From assembly GCF_053078305.1 (NCBI RefSeq), contig NZ_CP166879.1: a DNA stretch of 64,000 nucleotides. The stretch is one strand, 5' to 3'. The stretch's first letter is position 1, and each line of letters begins with the position of its first letter. Positions 1 to 10,695 of this stretch are shown here, piece by piece. The translations under genes and the position numbers were made by a program. The notes beneath the pieces were generated by a model, which searched no databases, was not told the origin of the DNA, and saw only the letters and a program-made list of their open reading frames with translations.

Positions 1-2525
1 ATCGTGACATGGTTACCCTGGACAGTGCCGCTGTTATCCAGTGAATTTCCATCAAGGGAGAGCGTGCCGACCGAAAGCAGACTGCCCCGGTTGTCAGTGG
101 TGGCTGCTTTCAGCGTGGTGTCACCCTGGCTCATGATATCGCCGGTACTGGTCAACTGACCGGTTGCCGAAGCAGTAAGGTTACCGGTTGCCAGCACGGA
201 ACCACTGTTCGCCCATCTGTCCGCCTGCACGGTGAGATTCTGTCCCTGCGTGGTCCCTGCGGTATTCAGTGTTTTACCCCGGAGGGAGAGGTCGCCCGCC
301 GTCAGCCAGCGTCCGTGACGCCCCTGTGAGAGGGTGTCGCCTGCAAGCGCCAGTGCAGCGGCGCCCTGCAACAGGCCATCGCCATCCAGCGTGGTCGCCC
401 TGACGTTCAGCGTGTCAGCGGTGATTTTACCCGGATTGCTGAGGGAGGCAGTGTTTAACGTTAAATCATTATCACCGGTGATAAGCCCGCTGTTGCGGAT
501 GTCCGGTATATCCAGCGTCAGGTCTGCAGCACTGTACAGCGTGCCGTTCTGCTGATTATCAAGCCTCTGTGTGTTAACGGTGAGTGAGGCCTCCCCCTGC
601 AACAGACCGCTGTTGGTCAGGGTCTGTGACTGTGTATTCAGGGCGGAACCAACAAGTACGCCGCTGCTGGTCAGTTCCGGCGCACTGAGGCTGAGCGACG
701 GGGCACTGCTTTTCCCGCTGTGGGTGAGCTTTTCACTGGCGTTCAGGGTGAGGATGTCTCTGGCAGCCTGTGTTCCGTCAAGCTGTGCGTTCTGCACATC
801 CACGCTGACACTGTTGCCCTGCGTCTGCGCAGTGGCCGTGGTCTTCAGACTGTTGCCTTTTACAGACACCGTGCTGCCCGCACTGGTTTCACCCGCCAGC
901 GTGGAAGACGCGCTGTTCAGCATGAGGTTACCGTCACTGTGCGTGACTGATTTTTCTGTGGTGGTCAGTGTGTCTGCAGAAGCCACAAGTTCCTTTGCCC
1001 CGGAGAGGGTACCGCTGTTGTTTATCTGCGTGGCACTGAGCGTCAGCACGTCATCGCTGACGAGTCTGCCGCGGTTTTCAAGTGTACCGCTGACGGTAAC
1101 GAGGGCTCTGTCTTTTGCTCCGGCATCACCGGACAGTGTGGCATTGCGGGCGCTGATATCGAGTGTGCTACAACTTTTAATACTGCCGGTGCTGGTCAGG
1201 TCAGTGGCGGTGACTTTCAGGCCGTTCCCCTGGACGGCACCGGTATTACTGAATGTCCCGGTTTTCACCGTGGCATCGCGCCCGGCAACCAGTGTCCCGC
1301 CGTTGTTCAGGCTGCCGGAACTGACGGTGAGTGTTTTCCCGGCAACGCTGCGGCCTTTCAGTGTGGTATCATCGGTGGTGGTAAGGGTGACATTTTCAGC
1401 TGCATTCACGTTCCCGGAAGTCTGGTTCAGGTGCTGTGCACTGAGCATGGCGTTCTGTCCGGCAGTCAGTTCACCACCGTTCTGTACAATCTGCCCGGAT
1501 GAAGACAGCACCAGATTTTTATCCGTCACCAGACGGGACTGATTCAGTGTCAGTCCCGTTGTCCCGGTAACGCTGAGATTTCCTCCGGCTTTGTTATCCC
1601 CTGAAAGTGAGACATCCGTTCCGGTTACGGTGGTATTGCCGCCGGCAAGGCTGTTCTTCAGGACCAGTTTTCCGGAACTGCTCAGTATGATATCGCCCTC
1701 GCGGGCATAAAGGTTACCAAGATTAACCCCGACACCACTTTCAGTGGAGGTCAGATGAATACGCCTGGCGTACATTCCACCGAGCGCGCCGGTATCAACA
1801 GCAACTTTCGGCACATCACCTTCGCCCTTCAGGGCACTGACACGACCATCTGCAGTTACCCGGTTAGCGCCTGCAGTGACAGTTAAATCCTTCGCATGAA
1901 GCGCGGCATTCACTTCCGTTGCACGGGCAATAATGGATACGGCATCGCTCCGGGTGCCGTCCAGGCCCGCGCCATTGATGGTGATACTGCCTTCAGTCAC
2001 CTCCAGCGCCTGCAGGCTGCCGTCGGCATTCATCACAGGTTTGCCTGTGGTGAGCGTCGCGTGCGGCGTGTTGATAAAGCCACAGCCGTCACAGGTGATA
2101 CCATACGGGTTGGCAACCATCACATTCGCCGCTTTGCCGGCCACTTCCGTATAGCCCTGCAGCAGTGAACGCTTACCGCCGGTCACTTCGTTGATGATAC
2201 CCTTCGCTTCCCCGCCCGCTTTCAGGTTCGGGTTATTCTGTATCAGTCCACCAAGCTGCGTCGGATTAAGCTTACCGGTGGCATTATTGAGAATCAGCCC
2301 TTCCTTCCCGACGTTGTAATCCGTAAACCGGTTATGCGAAATCCCGGCCCCGTCCGGCGTGGCAATGTTCACGACCGGCACACCATTTGCCGCTTTATCC
2401 ATTCCGGCCCCGTTTTGTGGGGTGATGACGGCCCCCACAGCCGGTAACAACGGCTGCCCGGCGATAATTGTACTGATAAGGTAACTCAGCAGGCGGTAAG
2501 TGAAGCGAACAGGAGGCTGATGCAT
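1..2525 (-). CDS. cdiA: CdiA-type two-partner-secretion exoprotein (contact-dependent inhibition effector), N-terminal ~841 codons only; gene continues past the left window edge
   Basis: Minus-strand frame is open from ATG 2525 to the window edge; it is absent from the ORF track because it has no stop here. Own translation: [81 protein letters not shown]... TPS-domain NPNL ([10 protein letters not shown], ~2225-2250) and NPYG ([14 protein letters not shown], ~2085-2120) motifs, then Gly/Thr/Asn-rich FHA-type repeats. Starts 12 nt after the cdiB stop. Confidence 0.9.
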   Translation of the reverse strand, partial: MHQPPVRFTYRLLSYLISTIIAGQPLLPAVGAVITPQNGAGMDKAANGVPVVNIATPDGAGISHNRFTDYNVGKEGLILNNATGKLNPTQLGGLIQNNPNLKAGGEAKGIINEVTGGKRSLLQGYTEVAGKAANVMVANPYGITCDGCGFINTPHATLTTGKPVMNADGSLQALEVTEGSITINGAGLDGTRSDAVSIIARATEVNAALHAKDLTVTAGANRVTADGRVSALKGEGDVPKVAVDTGALGGMYARRIHLTSTESGVGVNLGNLYAREGDIILSSSGKLVLKNSLAGGNTTVTGTDVSLSGDNKAGGNLSVTGTTGLTLNQSRLVTDKNLVLSSSGQIVQNGGELTAGQNAMLSAQHLNQTSGNVNAAENVTLTTTDDTTLKGRSVAGKTLTVSSGSLNNGGTLVAGRDATVKTGTFSNTGAVQGNGLKVTATDLTSTGSIKSCSTLDISARNATLSGDAGAKDRALVTVSGTLENRGRLVSDDVLTLSATQINNSGTLSGAKELVASADTLTTTEKSVTHSDGNLMLNSASSTLAGETSAGSTVSVKGNSLKTTATAQTQGNSVSVDVQNAQLDGTQAARDILTLNASEKLTHSGKSSAPSLSLSAPELTSSGVLVGSALNTQSQTLTNSGLLQGEASLTVNTQRLDNQQNGTLYSAADLTLDIPDIRNSGLITGDNDLTLNTASLSNPGKITADTLNVRATTLDGDGLLQGAAALALAGDTLSQGRHGRWLTAGDLSLRGKTLNTAGTTQGQNLTVQADRWANSGSVLATGNLTASATGQLTSTGDIMSQGDTTLKAATTDNRGSLLSVGTLSLDGNSLDNSGTVQGNHVT

Positions 2526-2537
2526 GGTAATAATCCC

Positions 2538-4310
2538 TTAAAACGCGACGGCAACGCGCCAGTAAACCGTGAGATGGTCAGGGGCAAGCCAGTCCGGGTA
2601 AACAAGAGGCAGTCCGGCGGTGAACGAACCGGAAACATGACCACTGGTGGTGCTGAGCCCGGCAGCAGCACCCCACAGCGTGCCGGACGAGTACGGGTCA
2701 TCGCTGTCAGAGTGCAGCCAGCCGCCGTCCAGTGCAGTCACTGCACGGACTGTCCCCACATATGGCAGGGAGAACAGAGACCAGGACAGCTCATTTCGCA
2801 GATAACCGCCGTTATTACCGGAGATATACTGCTCCTTAAAGCCACGCACTGAACTCTCACCCCCGAGGCTCAGTTGTTCCACACCATGAAGACGGTCCGG
2901 TGACCACTGGGCATAAGCGCTGGTCAGCCACCACACCCTGTCCGTGACGGGGCGCTGAAAACTGGCGCTTAATGACCATTTCCGGAACTGATTTACGGGC
3001 AGGTCTCCCCTTTTCCCGTGGTCGCTTTCTGCGCCGAACCAGGGCATCCCCCGTGTGAATACCGGATTCAGTGTTCCGACACCCCCCAGAAACTTGTGTG
3101 TGTGATTCAGCCCGACAGAAAATGAAGTGAGTTTACGGCTGCTGCCCTGAAGCAGAACATCATCCAGATAATTGTGAATAATGCGGTGCTGCAGACCTCC
3201 GGTCAGTGCTGTCTTCATGTCCCCGTTACGGAACAGGACATGCGACAGTCCCAGCCGGTGAGTCTGCAGGTCTCCCGTGGAACGCCACCGCCAGCCCCGG
3301 TTATCAATGGTGCTGAGGTAGTCACTCCATGAATACGTGTAATCCACCAGGGTATAGCCATACGGCAGACTGACACCGGCGGCAAAATTCCTCGCATCAT
3401 GTGACACCGAAAAGTCACTGCTCCGTCCCCCGCTGACAAACCAGTTGTCAGCCAGCCCCAGCGGATTATTAAAGGAAAGGACACCATTTAACTGCCCCGT
3501 ACCGGTATTCTTCTGTCCGCTGTTGTCGATGCCCACGCTCCCTGTGACAGGCCATCCCGGCGATGCCGTCAGTGTCACCACCGACCATCCCTCACGGTCA
3601 CCGGGCGATATTTCAATCTGTACCGGCTCCGTACGCAGACGGTTAATCTGCTCCATCCCCTGCTCAATATCCCGCAGGTTCAGAACCGCCCCCTCCATTC
3701 CCGGGAAAACCATCTTCAGGGTGCGGGCAGGAAGGTCAGCGCCTTCCGCCCGGATTTGCTGCAGCCTGCCTTCCATGACCGTTATGTGCAGTACGCCCCC
3801 TGAAAGGTCCTGCTCTGTCAGAAAGGCCCGGCTGGTGATATATCCCCGACGTATATAGCCGTCCGTCACGGCATCCGTGACCGTGGTCAGCCCCGTGATA
3901 TTCAGACACTGATTCACCCACGGTGCCACCAGTCTGTCGGTTTCTGCAGACGTCAGTCGGGTGGCCCCACTGACAACAATGCGTGACACCGTAAAGCAGG
4001 GACCTTCAGTACCGGCAGACATTTCCGGAGACGGCGTGATGGTCAGCGGCGCACTGCGCTCCAGCGCATCACGCTGACGCTGGTTTTCATCCAGCAACTG
4101 CTGCTGTTGCTGCTGAATTGCACTGCGGTCACCCGGAGACAGCATGGCTGCCGGAGACGAAAATGCGGGGATAAAAAAACCAGAAAAAACGGAGAGGGAG
4201 AGATAGCATATCCACGGAGAACCGCGCCGGAACATATCACAACAGGGGACAGACAACGCACGGGATAAAAGAGACGTTTTCGTCAGAATGTTGTTCTGCC
4301 GGCGCTGCAT
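2538..4310 (-). CDS. cdiB: ShlB/FhaC/HecB-family TpsB outer-membrane transporter for CdiA
   Basis: 590-aa ORF with a Gln-rich linker (AIQQQQQQLLDENQRQRDALE), a POTRA-like region and a beta-barrel ending in an aromatic residue (...TVYWRVAVAF). N-terminus matches my memory of E. coli CdiB. Immediately upstream of cdiA. The true start may be an internal Met (MFRRGSPW...). Confidence 0.9.
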   Translation of the reverse strand: MQRRQNNILTKTSLLSRALSVPCCDMFRRGSPWICYLSLSVFSGFFIPAFSSPAAMLSPGDRSAIQQQQQQLLDENQRQRDALERSAPLTITPSPEMSAGTEGPCFTVSRIVVSGATRLTSAETDRLVAPWVNQCLNITGLTTVTDAVTDGYIRRGYITSRAFLTEQDLSGGVLHITVMEGRLQQIRAEGADLPARTLKMVFPGMEGAVLNLRDIEQGMEQINRLRTEPVQIEISPGDREGWSVVTLTASPGWPVTGSVGIDNSGQKNTGTGQLNGVLSFNNPLGLADNWFVSGGRSSDFSVSHDARNFAAGVSLPYGYTLVDYTYSWSDYLSTIDNRGWRWRSTGDLQTHRLGLSHVLFRNGDMKTALTGGLQHRIIHNYLDDVLLQGSSRKLTSFSVGLNHTHKFLGGVGTLNPVFTRGMPWFGAESDHGKRGDLPVNQFRKWSLSASFQRPVTDRVWWLTSAYAQWSPDRLHGVEQLSLGGESSVRGFKEQYISGNNGGYLRNELSWSLFSLPYVGTVRAVTALDGGWLHSDSDDPYSSGTLWGAAAGLSTTSGHVSGSFTAGLPLVYPDWLAPDHLTVYWRVAVAF

Positions 4311-4825
4311 GTTCTCCCCGTATTCTGGCCTGTGTGATGCCAGTGTAAATTCATGTCAGAAAGTGTCAGCGAGAAAATTTACACCTGAAAAAGTCTGTCA
4401 TGAAACAGTTTTATGACAAGACATCAAAAAAATGTCAAAAACGTGATCTTTCTTCAGCTTTTCAGAATATTGAGTACCAGGAGTTCAATATCAATTCTGG
4501 GACACATATGCATTTACCATTAAAACCGGGCACAACAAGCTGTTCAGTCTCAATCCATACCCCGTGTTTTATCAATATCAGAATAAGAATATCTGCGGAT
4601 AAATAAAAAAGGAATGTCGAGGGAGCTTACCGCAGAGGGCTCTCCACCTCACAAGCCATTTACAAAAATGATACCGGCATATCTTTGGTCCCTGTCACAA
4701 CCAGACATTGACAATCCAATATAACCCCAAATATATTTCGGGTAAGAAGTCTGGGATTTATACAGATATACTGTCTGTTATTACTATTTAATTATATAAT
4801 TGTATTACATACATAAGAGGCACTA

Positions 4826-5215
4826 ATGAAACGTTATATAAAATGGTTTGCCATCACAATTTTTATCAGTATGTTGAGTGCCTGTGCCCGTACGGCCCCA
4901 GTGCAACAGATAAGCACCACTGTCAGTGTGGGTCATACTCAGGAGCAGGTTAAAAATGCCATTTTGAAAGCAGGTGCGCAGCGCAAGTGGATTATGACGC
5001 AAGTGTCCCCTGGAGTTATTAAAGCTCGCTATCAAACACGAAATCACGTTGCAGAGGTTCGTATTACATATACAGCTACCTACTATAACATCAAATATGA
5101 CAGTAGCCTGAATCTGCAGGCTTCTGATGGAAAAATTCATAAAAACTATAACCGCTGGGTGCGTAACCTGGATAAAGATATACAGGTTAACTTATCTACA
5201 GGAGCAACGTTATAG
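4826..5215 (+). CDS. small lipoprotein of unknown function, first gene on the APE-cluster strand
   Basis: 129-aa ORF with RBS AAGAGG; signal peptide plus lipobox (FISMLSAC). No domain recognised. Lies 64 nt upstream of the methyltransferase. Confidence 0.6.
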   Translation: MKRYIKWFAITIFISMLSACARTAPVQQISTTVSVGHTQEQVKNAILKAGAQRKWIMTQVSPGVIKARYQTRNHVAEVRITYTATYYNIKYDSSLNLQASDGKIHKNYNRWVRNLDKDIQVNLSTGATL

Positions 5216-5279
5216 TGATGCTGATATCGGGCTGGAATGGCCCGATAGTATTTAACTTTCTCTATAAGAATGGTTATAT

Positions 5280-6338
5280 ATGTACGAACAGGACACGCTC
5301 AGCGCACTGGATGCCATCACCGAAGCACAGCGGATTGCCTTTGCTCCTATGCTTTTCCAGGCAGCTTTGTGCCTGCGCAATGCAGGAATATTAGATTATT
5401 TGGATCAACAGGGTAAACAGGGAGCTCCCCTTAATGCGATTACTGAGCACACAGTCCTGAATGAATATGCCGTGGGTGTGTTACTGGATATGGGCTTAAG
5501 CGGGCGAATTATTACCTGTAAAGAGGGAATTTATTACCTGGCGAAAATCGGTCATTACCTCCTGCATGACACTATGACTCGCGTGAATATGGATTTCACC
5601 CAGGATGTCTGTTACCAGGGGCTCTTCTTCCTTGCCGATTCACTCAATGAAGGAAAACCTTCCGGGTTAAAAGTATTTGGCGACTGGCCGACGATATATC
5701 CGGCACTTTCGCAATTACCAGACGCCGCACGTGATAGCTGGTTTGCGTTTGATCATTACTATTCAGATGGCGCATTTAACGCCGCACTGCCTTATGTATT
5801 CGCCAACAACCCCACAACCTTGTACGATGTGGGTGGCAATACGGGTAAGTGGGCTTTGCGCTGCTGCAAATTCAATGAAAACATCGCCGTTACGTTATTA
5901 GATCTGCCACAACAAATCGTACTGGCGAAAGAAAATATCGCGAATGCAGGTTTTTCTGATCGCATAGATTTCCATGCGGTGGATATGCTAAGCGATGCCC
6001 CATTACCAGGCGAGGCTGATATCTGGTGGATGAGCCAATTTTTAGACTGTTTTTCACCCGAACAAATAATTAGCATACTCAGCAAAATTGCCAGCGTAAT
6101 GAAGCCTGGCGCAAAACTTTGCATCATGGAGTTGTTCTGGGATGCACAGCGGTTTGAAGCGACATCGTTTAGCCTGAATGCATCCTCACTTTATTTTACC
6201 TGCATGGCAAACGGTAACAGCCGTTTCTATAGTGCAGAGAAATTTTACGACTATCTGAATAAAGCAGGATTCCAGGTAGCAGAGCGTCACGATAATTTAG
6301 GCGTTGGGCATACACTTTTGATATGCCAAAAGAAATAA
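5280..6338 (+). CDS. apeB: SAM-dependent (O-)methyltransferase of the aryl-polyene cluster
   Basis: 352 aa; class I methyltransferase motif I LYDVGGNTGKWA. Position and size match ApeB of described APE clusters. Confidence 0.8.
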   Translation: MYEQDTLSALDAITEAQRIAFAPMLFQAALCLRNAGILDYLDQQGKQGAPLNAITEHTVLNEYAVGVLLDMGLSGRIITCKEGIYYLAKIGHYLLHDTMTRVNMDFTQDVCYQGLFFLADSLNEGKPSGLKVFGDWPTIYPALSQLPDAARDSWFAFDHYYSDGAFNAALPYVFANNPTTLYDVGGNTGKWALRCCKFNENIAVTLLDLPQQIVLAKENIANAGFSDRIDFHAVDMLSDAPLPGEADIWWMSQFLDCFSPEQIISILSKIASVMKPGAKLCIMELFWDAQRFEATSFSLNASSLYFTCMANGNSRFYSAEKFYDYLNKAGFQVAERHDNLGVGHTLLICQKK

Positions 6339-6378
6339 TCGTCACTTAATAATTTTGGTTTACCGCGGGCGCGCGTTG

Positions 6379-7101
6379 ATGAAATTTGCATTAAATATTA
6401 CCAACTGGCAGGCACTGGCGCCTGGACTTAGCGATGTGCAGCAATGGCAAGCATGGTCGCGCCAGCCGTGGGCGATTGACCCTGCCGCGCCGTTGGCAAA
6501 ATTAAGTGAACTGCCAATGATGACCGCCCGTCGTCTCAGTTCAGGCAGCAAACTGGCTGTTGAATGCGGTCTGACAATGCTACGCCGCCATCAGCCAGAC
6601 GCTGTTTTGTATACCAGTCGTCATGGCGAACTGGAGCGCAATTACCGCATTGTTCATGCACTGGCAACCGAACAGGCGCTTTCTCCGACGGACTTCGCGC
6701 TTTCCGTACACAACTCTTCCGTGGGTAACCTGACCATTGTGGCCAAACAGCCGATCGTTTCGTCATCGCTTTCGGCTGGTCGCGACAGTTTCCAGCAAGG
6801 TTTGTGTGAAGTGCTTAGCCTGCTACAGGCGGGATACCAGCGCGTGTTGATGGTCGATTTTGATGGCTTTCTGCCTGAGTTCTATCATCCACAACTGCCC
6901 GCAGAAATGCCGACCTGGCCGTACGCCGTCGCGCTGGTGATTGAAGCTGGCGATGAGTGGCAATGTGAAACGCAGTCAGCCATTGCGGGTAATGAAACAA
7001 CACTGCCGCAAAGCATGTTGTTTTTACAGCACTATTTACAAAATGCGGACACATTTTCACTGCCTGGCGAGCGCGTACAGTGGCGCTGGAGCCGTGGATG
7101 A
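6379..7101 (+). CDS. apeC: beta-ketoacyl-synthase-like chain-length-factor-type protein
   Basis: ATG at 6379; the track start 6355 is a TTG extension. ~240 aa KS-N-terminal-like protein, too short to be a full KS. Position matches ApeC, the partner of ApeO. Confidence 0.7.
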   Translation: MKFALNITNWQALAPGLSDVQQWQAWSRQPWAIDPAAPLAKLSELPMMTARRLSSGSKLAVECGLTMLRRHQPDAVLYTSRHGELERNYRIVHALATEQALSPTDFALSVHNSSVGNLTIVAKQPIVSSSLSAGRDSFQQGLCEVLSLLQAGYQRVLMVDFDGFLPEFYHPQLPAEMPTWPYAVALVIEAGDEWQCETQSAIAGNETTLPQSMLFLQHYLQNADTFSLPGERVQWRWSRG

Positions 7102-7919
7102 GTAAGCTGATGTCACGTCTGGAGTGGACCTGGCGACTGGTCATGACCGGGTTATGTTTTGTCCTGTTTGGTCTCGGCGGCCTGCTGCTTTCAGTCGTGT
7201 GGTTTAACATATTGTTAGTTTTGGTGTGGGATACTTCCCGCCGCCGTCGTTTGGCACGTCGCAGCATTGCCGCCAGTTTTCGCCTGTTTTTAACTGTCGC
7301 GAAAGGGCTTGGCGTGCTGGATTATCGTATTGATGGCGCTGAAATTTTACGTCAGGAACGCGGTTGCCTCGTCGTAGCCAATCATCCCACGCTGATCGAT
7401 TACGTGCTGCTGGCATCAGTCATGCCAGAAACTGACTGCCTGGTGAAAAGCGCGCTGTTAAAAAATCCTTTTCTTGGCGGCGTCGTGCAAGCGGCAGATT
7501 ATTTAATCAACAGCGAAGCTGAAACCCTGTTACCCCGCTGCCAACAGCGACTGGCACAGGGTGACACTATCCTGATTTTCCCCGAAGGCACACGAACGAA
7601 GCCCGGTGAAAAAATGACGCTGCAGCGCGGTGCAGCGAATATTGCCGTGCGCTGCACCAGCGATTTACGCATCGTGACGATCGGCTGTAGCGAGCATCTG
7701 CTGGATAAACAAAGTAAGTGGTATGACGTCCCGCCTGCCAGGCCGTTTTTTACGGTTGAAGTCCATGGGCGGGTAGAAATCAATAAATTTTACGATGCAA
7801 CTTCACAAGAGCCGACGCTGGCTGCAAGACAGTTAAACCGGCATCTTTTGCTTCAATTACAGCAAGGTTGTTTACCTCTCTCAGGAATAAATAATGCAAG
7901 CGCTTTATCTGGAAATTAA
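7098..7919 (+). CDS. apeD: lysophospholipid/1-acyl-glycerol-3-phosphate acyltransferase family protein
   Basis: ATG 7098 overlaps the apeC stop (ATGA). N-terminal TM segment, then PlsC/LPLAT HX4D motif (NHPTLIDY) and FPEGTR. Confidence 0.8.
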   Translation: MSKLMSRLEWTWRLVMTGLCFVLFGLGGLLLSVVWFNILLVLVWDTSRRRRLARRSIAASFRLFLTVAKGLGVLDYRIDGAEILRQERGCLVVANHPTLIDYVLLASVMPETDCLVKSALLKNPFLGGVVQAADYLINSEAETLLPRCQQRLAQGDTILIFPEGTRTKPGEKMTLQRGAANIAVRCTSDLRIVTIGCSEHLLDKQSKWYDVPPARPFFTVEVHGRVEINKFYDATSQEPTLAARQLNRHLLLQLQQGCLPLSGINNASALSGN

Positions 7920-8151
7920 AAACCTCATCATCAGCACCCTCAATCTGGACGACTTGACTCCTGATGATATTGATATCAATGCGCCACTGTTTGGCGACGG
8001 TTTAGGGCTGGACTCTATCGATGCACTGGAACTGGGACTGGCAGTAAAAAATGAGTACGGCATCGTGCTCTCTGCGGAAAGCGAAGAAATGCGTCAGCAC
8101 TTTTTCTCCGTCGCCACTCTGGCCTCTTTCATTGCTGCGCAACGTGCCTGA
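7894..8151 (+). CDS. apeE: acyl carrier protein
   Basis: 85 aa; phosphopantetheine attachment context GLDSIDALEL. Confidence 0.85.
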   Translation: MQALYLEIKNLIISTLNLDDLTPDDIDINAPLFGDGLGLDSIDALELGLAVKNEYGIVLSAESEEMRQHFFSVATLASFIAAQRA

Positions 8152-8162
8152 GGAAAACCATC

Positions 8163-8414
8163 ATGACAGACCAACAAACCATTTATCAGGAAGTCTCAGC
8201 CCTGCTGGTTAAGCTGTTTGAAATCGATCCGCAGGACATCAAACCTGAAGCGCGACTGTACGAAGATCTGGAACTGGACAGCATCGACGCCGTTGACATG
8301 ATTGTGCACCTGCAAAAGAAAACCGGTAAGAAAATCAAGCCGGAAGAGTTTAAAGCAGTGCGTACAGTCCAGGATGTTGTCGAGGCTGTAGAACGCCTGC
8401 TACAAGAAGGCTAA
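8163..8414 (+). CDS. apeF: acyl carrier protein (second ACP)
   Basis: 83 aa; LELDSIDAVDM attachment motif. Confidence 0.85.
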   Translation: MTDQQTIYQEVSALLVKLFEIDPQDIKPEARLYEDLELDSIDAVDMIVHLQKKTGKKIKPEEFKAVRTVQDVVEAVERLLQEG

Positions 8415-8418
8415 TTTG

Positions 8419-9000
8419 ATGTCGGGCATTCGCTCGCTACCAATGATTAAGTTGCTGACCGGATTATTGCTGCTCGCCTGGCCTTTTTTAATCTGGCTAG
8501 GTTTGGTGCATAACAGCCTGCACTGGCTGTTGCCGCTGATGGCGCTGCTGCTTTTATTGCGCCTGCGCCAGCCCCGTCGCCAGACGGGGCCGCTCCAGGT
8601 CGTCACAAAAATCGTTGCTGTTGTGGGCATTGTATTGTGTGTCTCCAGTTTTCTGTTGAAAACGCACCAGTTACTGCTGTTTTACCCGGTAGTGGTTAAC
8701 GCAGTCATGCTGGCGGTTTTTGGCGGTTCGCTGCGGTCGACAATGCCGATAGTTGAGCGGCTGGCACGTTTGCAGGAGCCAGACCTCCCGGAAAAGGCCG
8801 TGCGATATACCCGCCGCGTAACGCAGGTCTGGTGCCTGTTTTTTATTTTCAATGGCAGTATTGCGTTATTTACCACCTTGTATGGCAACATGCCCTTGTG
8901 GACAGCCTGGAACGGTATCATTGCTTACCTTCTGATAGGTTTCCTGACTGCAGGGGAATGGCTGATACGTTGTCAGATGATCAAACGGAAAACACCATGA
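8419..9000 (+). CDS. apeG: integral membrane protein of the APE cluster
   Basis: ATG 8419 (TTG 8416 in track). ~193 aa with 4-5 hydrophobic helices and no catalytic motif. Position matches ApeG. Confidence 0.65.
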   Translation: MSGIRSLPMIKLLTGLLLLAWPFLIWLGLVHNSLHWLLPLMALLLLLRLRQPRRQTGPLQVVTKIVAVVGIVLCVSSFLLKTHQLLLFYPVVVNAVMLAVFGGSLRSTMPIVERLARLQEPDLPEKAVRYTRRVTQVWCLFFIFNGSIALFTTLYGNMPLWTAWNGIIAYLLIGFLTAGEWLIRCQMIKRKTP

Positions 9001-10355
9001 ATCAGACTCTCTCACTTTCACAGTGGTTGACAGCCTCTCGCCCTGTAACAACTCCTGTTGCCTGGCTTGGGGAATATACCTGGACACTGGGGCATCTGCG
9101 GCATGATGTAGCGCTTTTGATCGACCATTTACGCGACCAGCCAGGCAATCGCTGGGCACTTTGTTTTGAAAACAGCTATCTTTTTATTGTAGCGTTGTTG
9201 GCCACGCTACACTCAGGTAAAATCCCGGTAATCCCGGGCCATAATCGCGCCGCTTTGTTAAATGTACAACGCTCCTTGTTTGATTGCGTCCTGAGTGATA
9301 AAAGGCTGGGCTGGAACGGTCCACAGTTTGTTGTAAGCACATCTCACCAGATGACGACCAGCACGATAGCCTTTGATGATATTGCTTCTGATGCGTTTAT
9401 TGAACTTTTCACATCGGGTTCAACCGGACAACCAAAACAAATTGCAAAACCTGTTATCAGCCTTGATCAAGAAGCAAACATGCTGGCAACTCACTTTGCA
9501 GACCGACTACTGGGCTGTCGTTTTGTAGCATCCGTGATGCCTCAGCACCTGTATGGGCTGACTTTCCGTATTTTTTTACCCATGGCACTTGGCCTGCCAT
9601 TGCATGCCGCAATGCTCTGGTATTCTGAGCAACTTGCCGCATTAAGCCATACCTACCGCTATGCCTTTGTCAGCAGCCCGGCGTTCCTTAAGCGACTCGA
9701 CCTTCATCTGACGCCTCCCCCAGTGGAAATGATTCTCTCTGCCGGCGGTATGCTACCATGGCAGGATGTAGAGAAAACTTCCACCTGGCTGAATATATGG
9801 CCCGATGAAATCTATGGTAGTACCGAAACAGGTATTCTCGCATGGCGTTACCGTCAACAGGATAATATCCCCTGGTTTACTTTTTCTGATGTTCATCTTT
9901 CACAGGAAAGTGAGGGGGTTCGTGTCTTTTCGCCACTAATCCCTGCTGAAGGATTGGTGCTTGACGATATGTTGCAATTCAATGAAAACGGTCAGTTCCA
10001 CCTGATCGGACGACGTGGTCGAGTGGTAAAAATAGAGGAGAAGCGGATATCACTGGTTGAAATCGAACAACGACTTCTGGCACTTGACGGTATTATGGAT
10101 GTCGCTGCAATACCATTAATACGCAATGGCCGCCAGGCTATCGGTGTCGTGGTTGTACCAAATAAAGAGGCCCGTCAAATATGGCAATGCTCCGGAGGGA
10201 AAACTCTGGAGTTGTCCTGGCGCAAAGCACTATTACCATGGCTTGAACCTGTTGCAGTACCTCGTTACTGGCGCATTATTGATGAAATACCAGTAAACAA
10301 TATGAATAAGCGTGTCTATGCGCAATTACAGGAGTTATTTCATGATACGCCATGA
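8997..10355 (+). CDS. apeH: AMP-dependent synthetase/ligase (aryl starter-unit adenylating enzyme)
   Basis: ATG 8997 overlaps the apeG stop (ATGA); the track ORF start 8832 is an upstream in-frame extension. ANL-superfamily cores ELFTSGSTGQPKQI and YGSTETG. Confidence 0.85.
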   Translation: MNQTLSLSQWLTASRPVTTPVAWLGEYTWTLGHLRHDVALLIDHLRDQPGNRWALCFENSYLFIVALLATLHSGKIPVIPGHNRAALLNVQRSLFDCVLSDKRLGWNGPQFVVSTSHQMTTSTIAFDDIASDAFIELFTSGSTGQPKQIAKPVISLDQEANMLATHFADRLLGCRFVASVMPQHLYGLTFRIFLPMALGLPLHAAMLWYSEQLAALSHTYRYAFVSSPAFLKRLDLHLTPPPVEMILSAGGMLPWQDVEKTSTWLNIWPDEIYGSTETGILAWRYRQQDNIPWFTFSDVHLSQESEGVRVFSPLIPAEGLVLDDMLQFNENGQFHLIGRRGRVVKIEEKRISLVEIEQRLLALDGIMDVAAIPLIRNGRQAIGVVVVPNKEARQIWQCSGGKTLELSWRKALLPWLEPVAVPRYWRIIDEIPVNNMNKRVYAQLQELFHDTP

Positions 10356-10695
10356 AATTGAGCGCCATCTGGTTCAACCGCAGGAGATGGAAATCGTTCT
10401 ATACCTTGACCCGATGCTCTACTGGTTTAATGGTCATTTTGCCGTACAGCCTCTGTTACCAGGCGTGGCCCAATTGGACTGGGTAATGCATTATGCTACC
10501 ACGCTGCTTGCTCCGGGCTGGCGTTTTCGTAGTATCCAGAATGTTAAATTTCTGGCGCCACTTATACCTGAGACGACTGTTACCCTGCAATTAACATGGC
10601 AGGAAACAAGTCAGGTACTCACTTTCTGCTATCAGCGTCACGACGGTGACGCCCGCCACACCGCCAGTAGCGGGAAGATCCGCCTATGTCGGTAA
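10342..10695 (+). CDS. apeI: hot-dog-fold dehydratase
   Basis: ATG 10342 preceded by GGAG. ~117 aa, hot-dog-like size and composition. Position matches ApeI. Confidence 0.65.
   Translation: MIRHEIERHLVQPQEMEIVLYLDPMLYWFNGHFAVQPLLPGVAQLDWVMHYATTLLAPGWRFRSIQNVKFLAPLIPETTVTLQLTWQETSQVLTFCYQRHDGDARHTASSGKIRLCR

Noticed and set aside
334-2168. Plus-strand ORFs (334-555, 571-1542 of 323 aa, 720-950, 1896-2168, 1933-2154)
   Set aside because: They are antisense to the continuous cdiA frame. They are Ser/Val/Leu/Ala-rich low-complexity translations, typical of the opposite strand of FHA repeats, and have no RBS context.
8832-8996. Upstream extensions of track ORFs (8832 for apeH; also 25089 for the hydrolase, 6355 for apeC, 7080 for apeD, 30578, 31389, 43281, 53527, 55698)
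   Set aside because: The extensions overlap the preceding gene and lack an RBS. Internal ATGs have SD sequences or ATGA coupling, and they give N-termini matching family norms.
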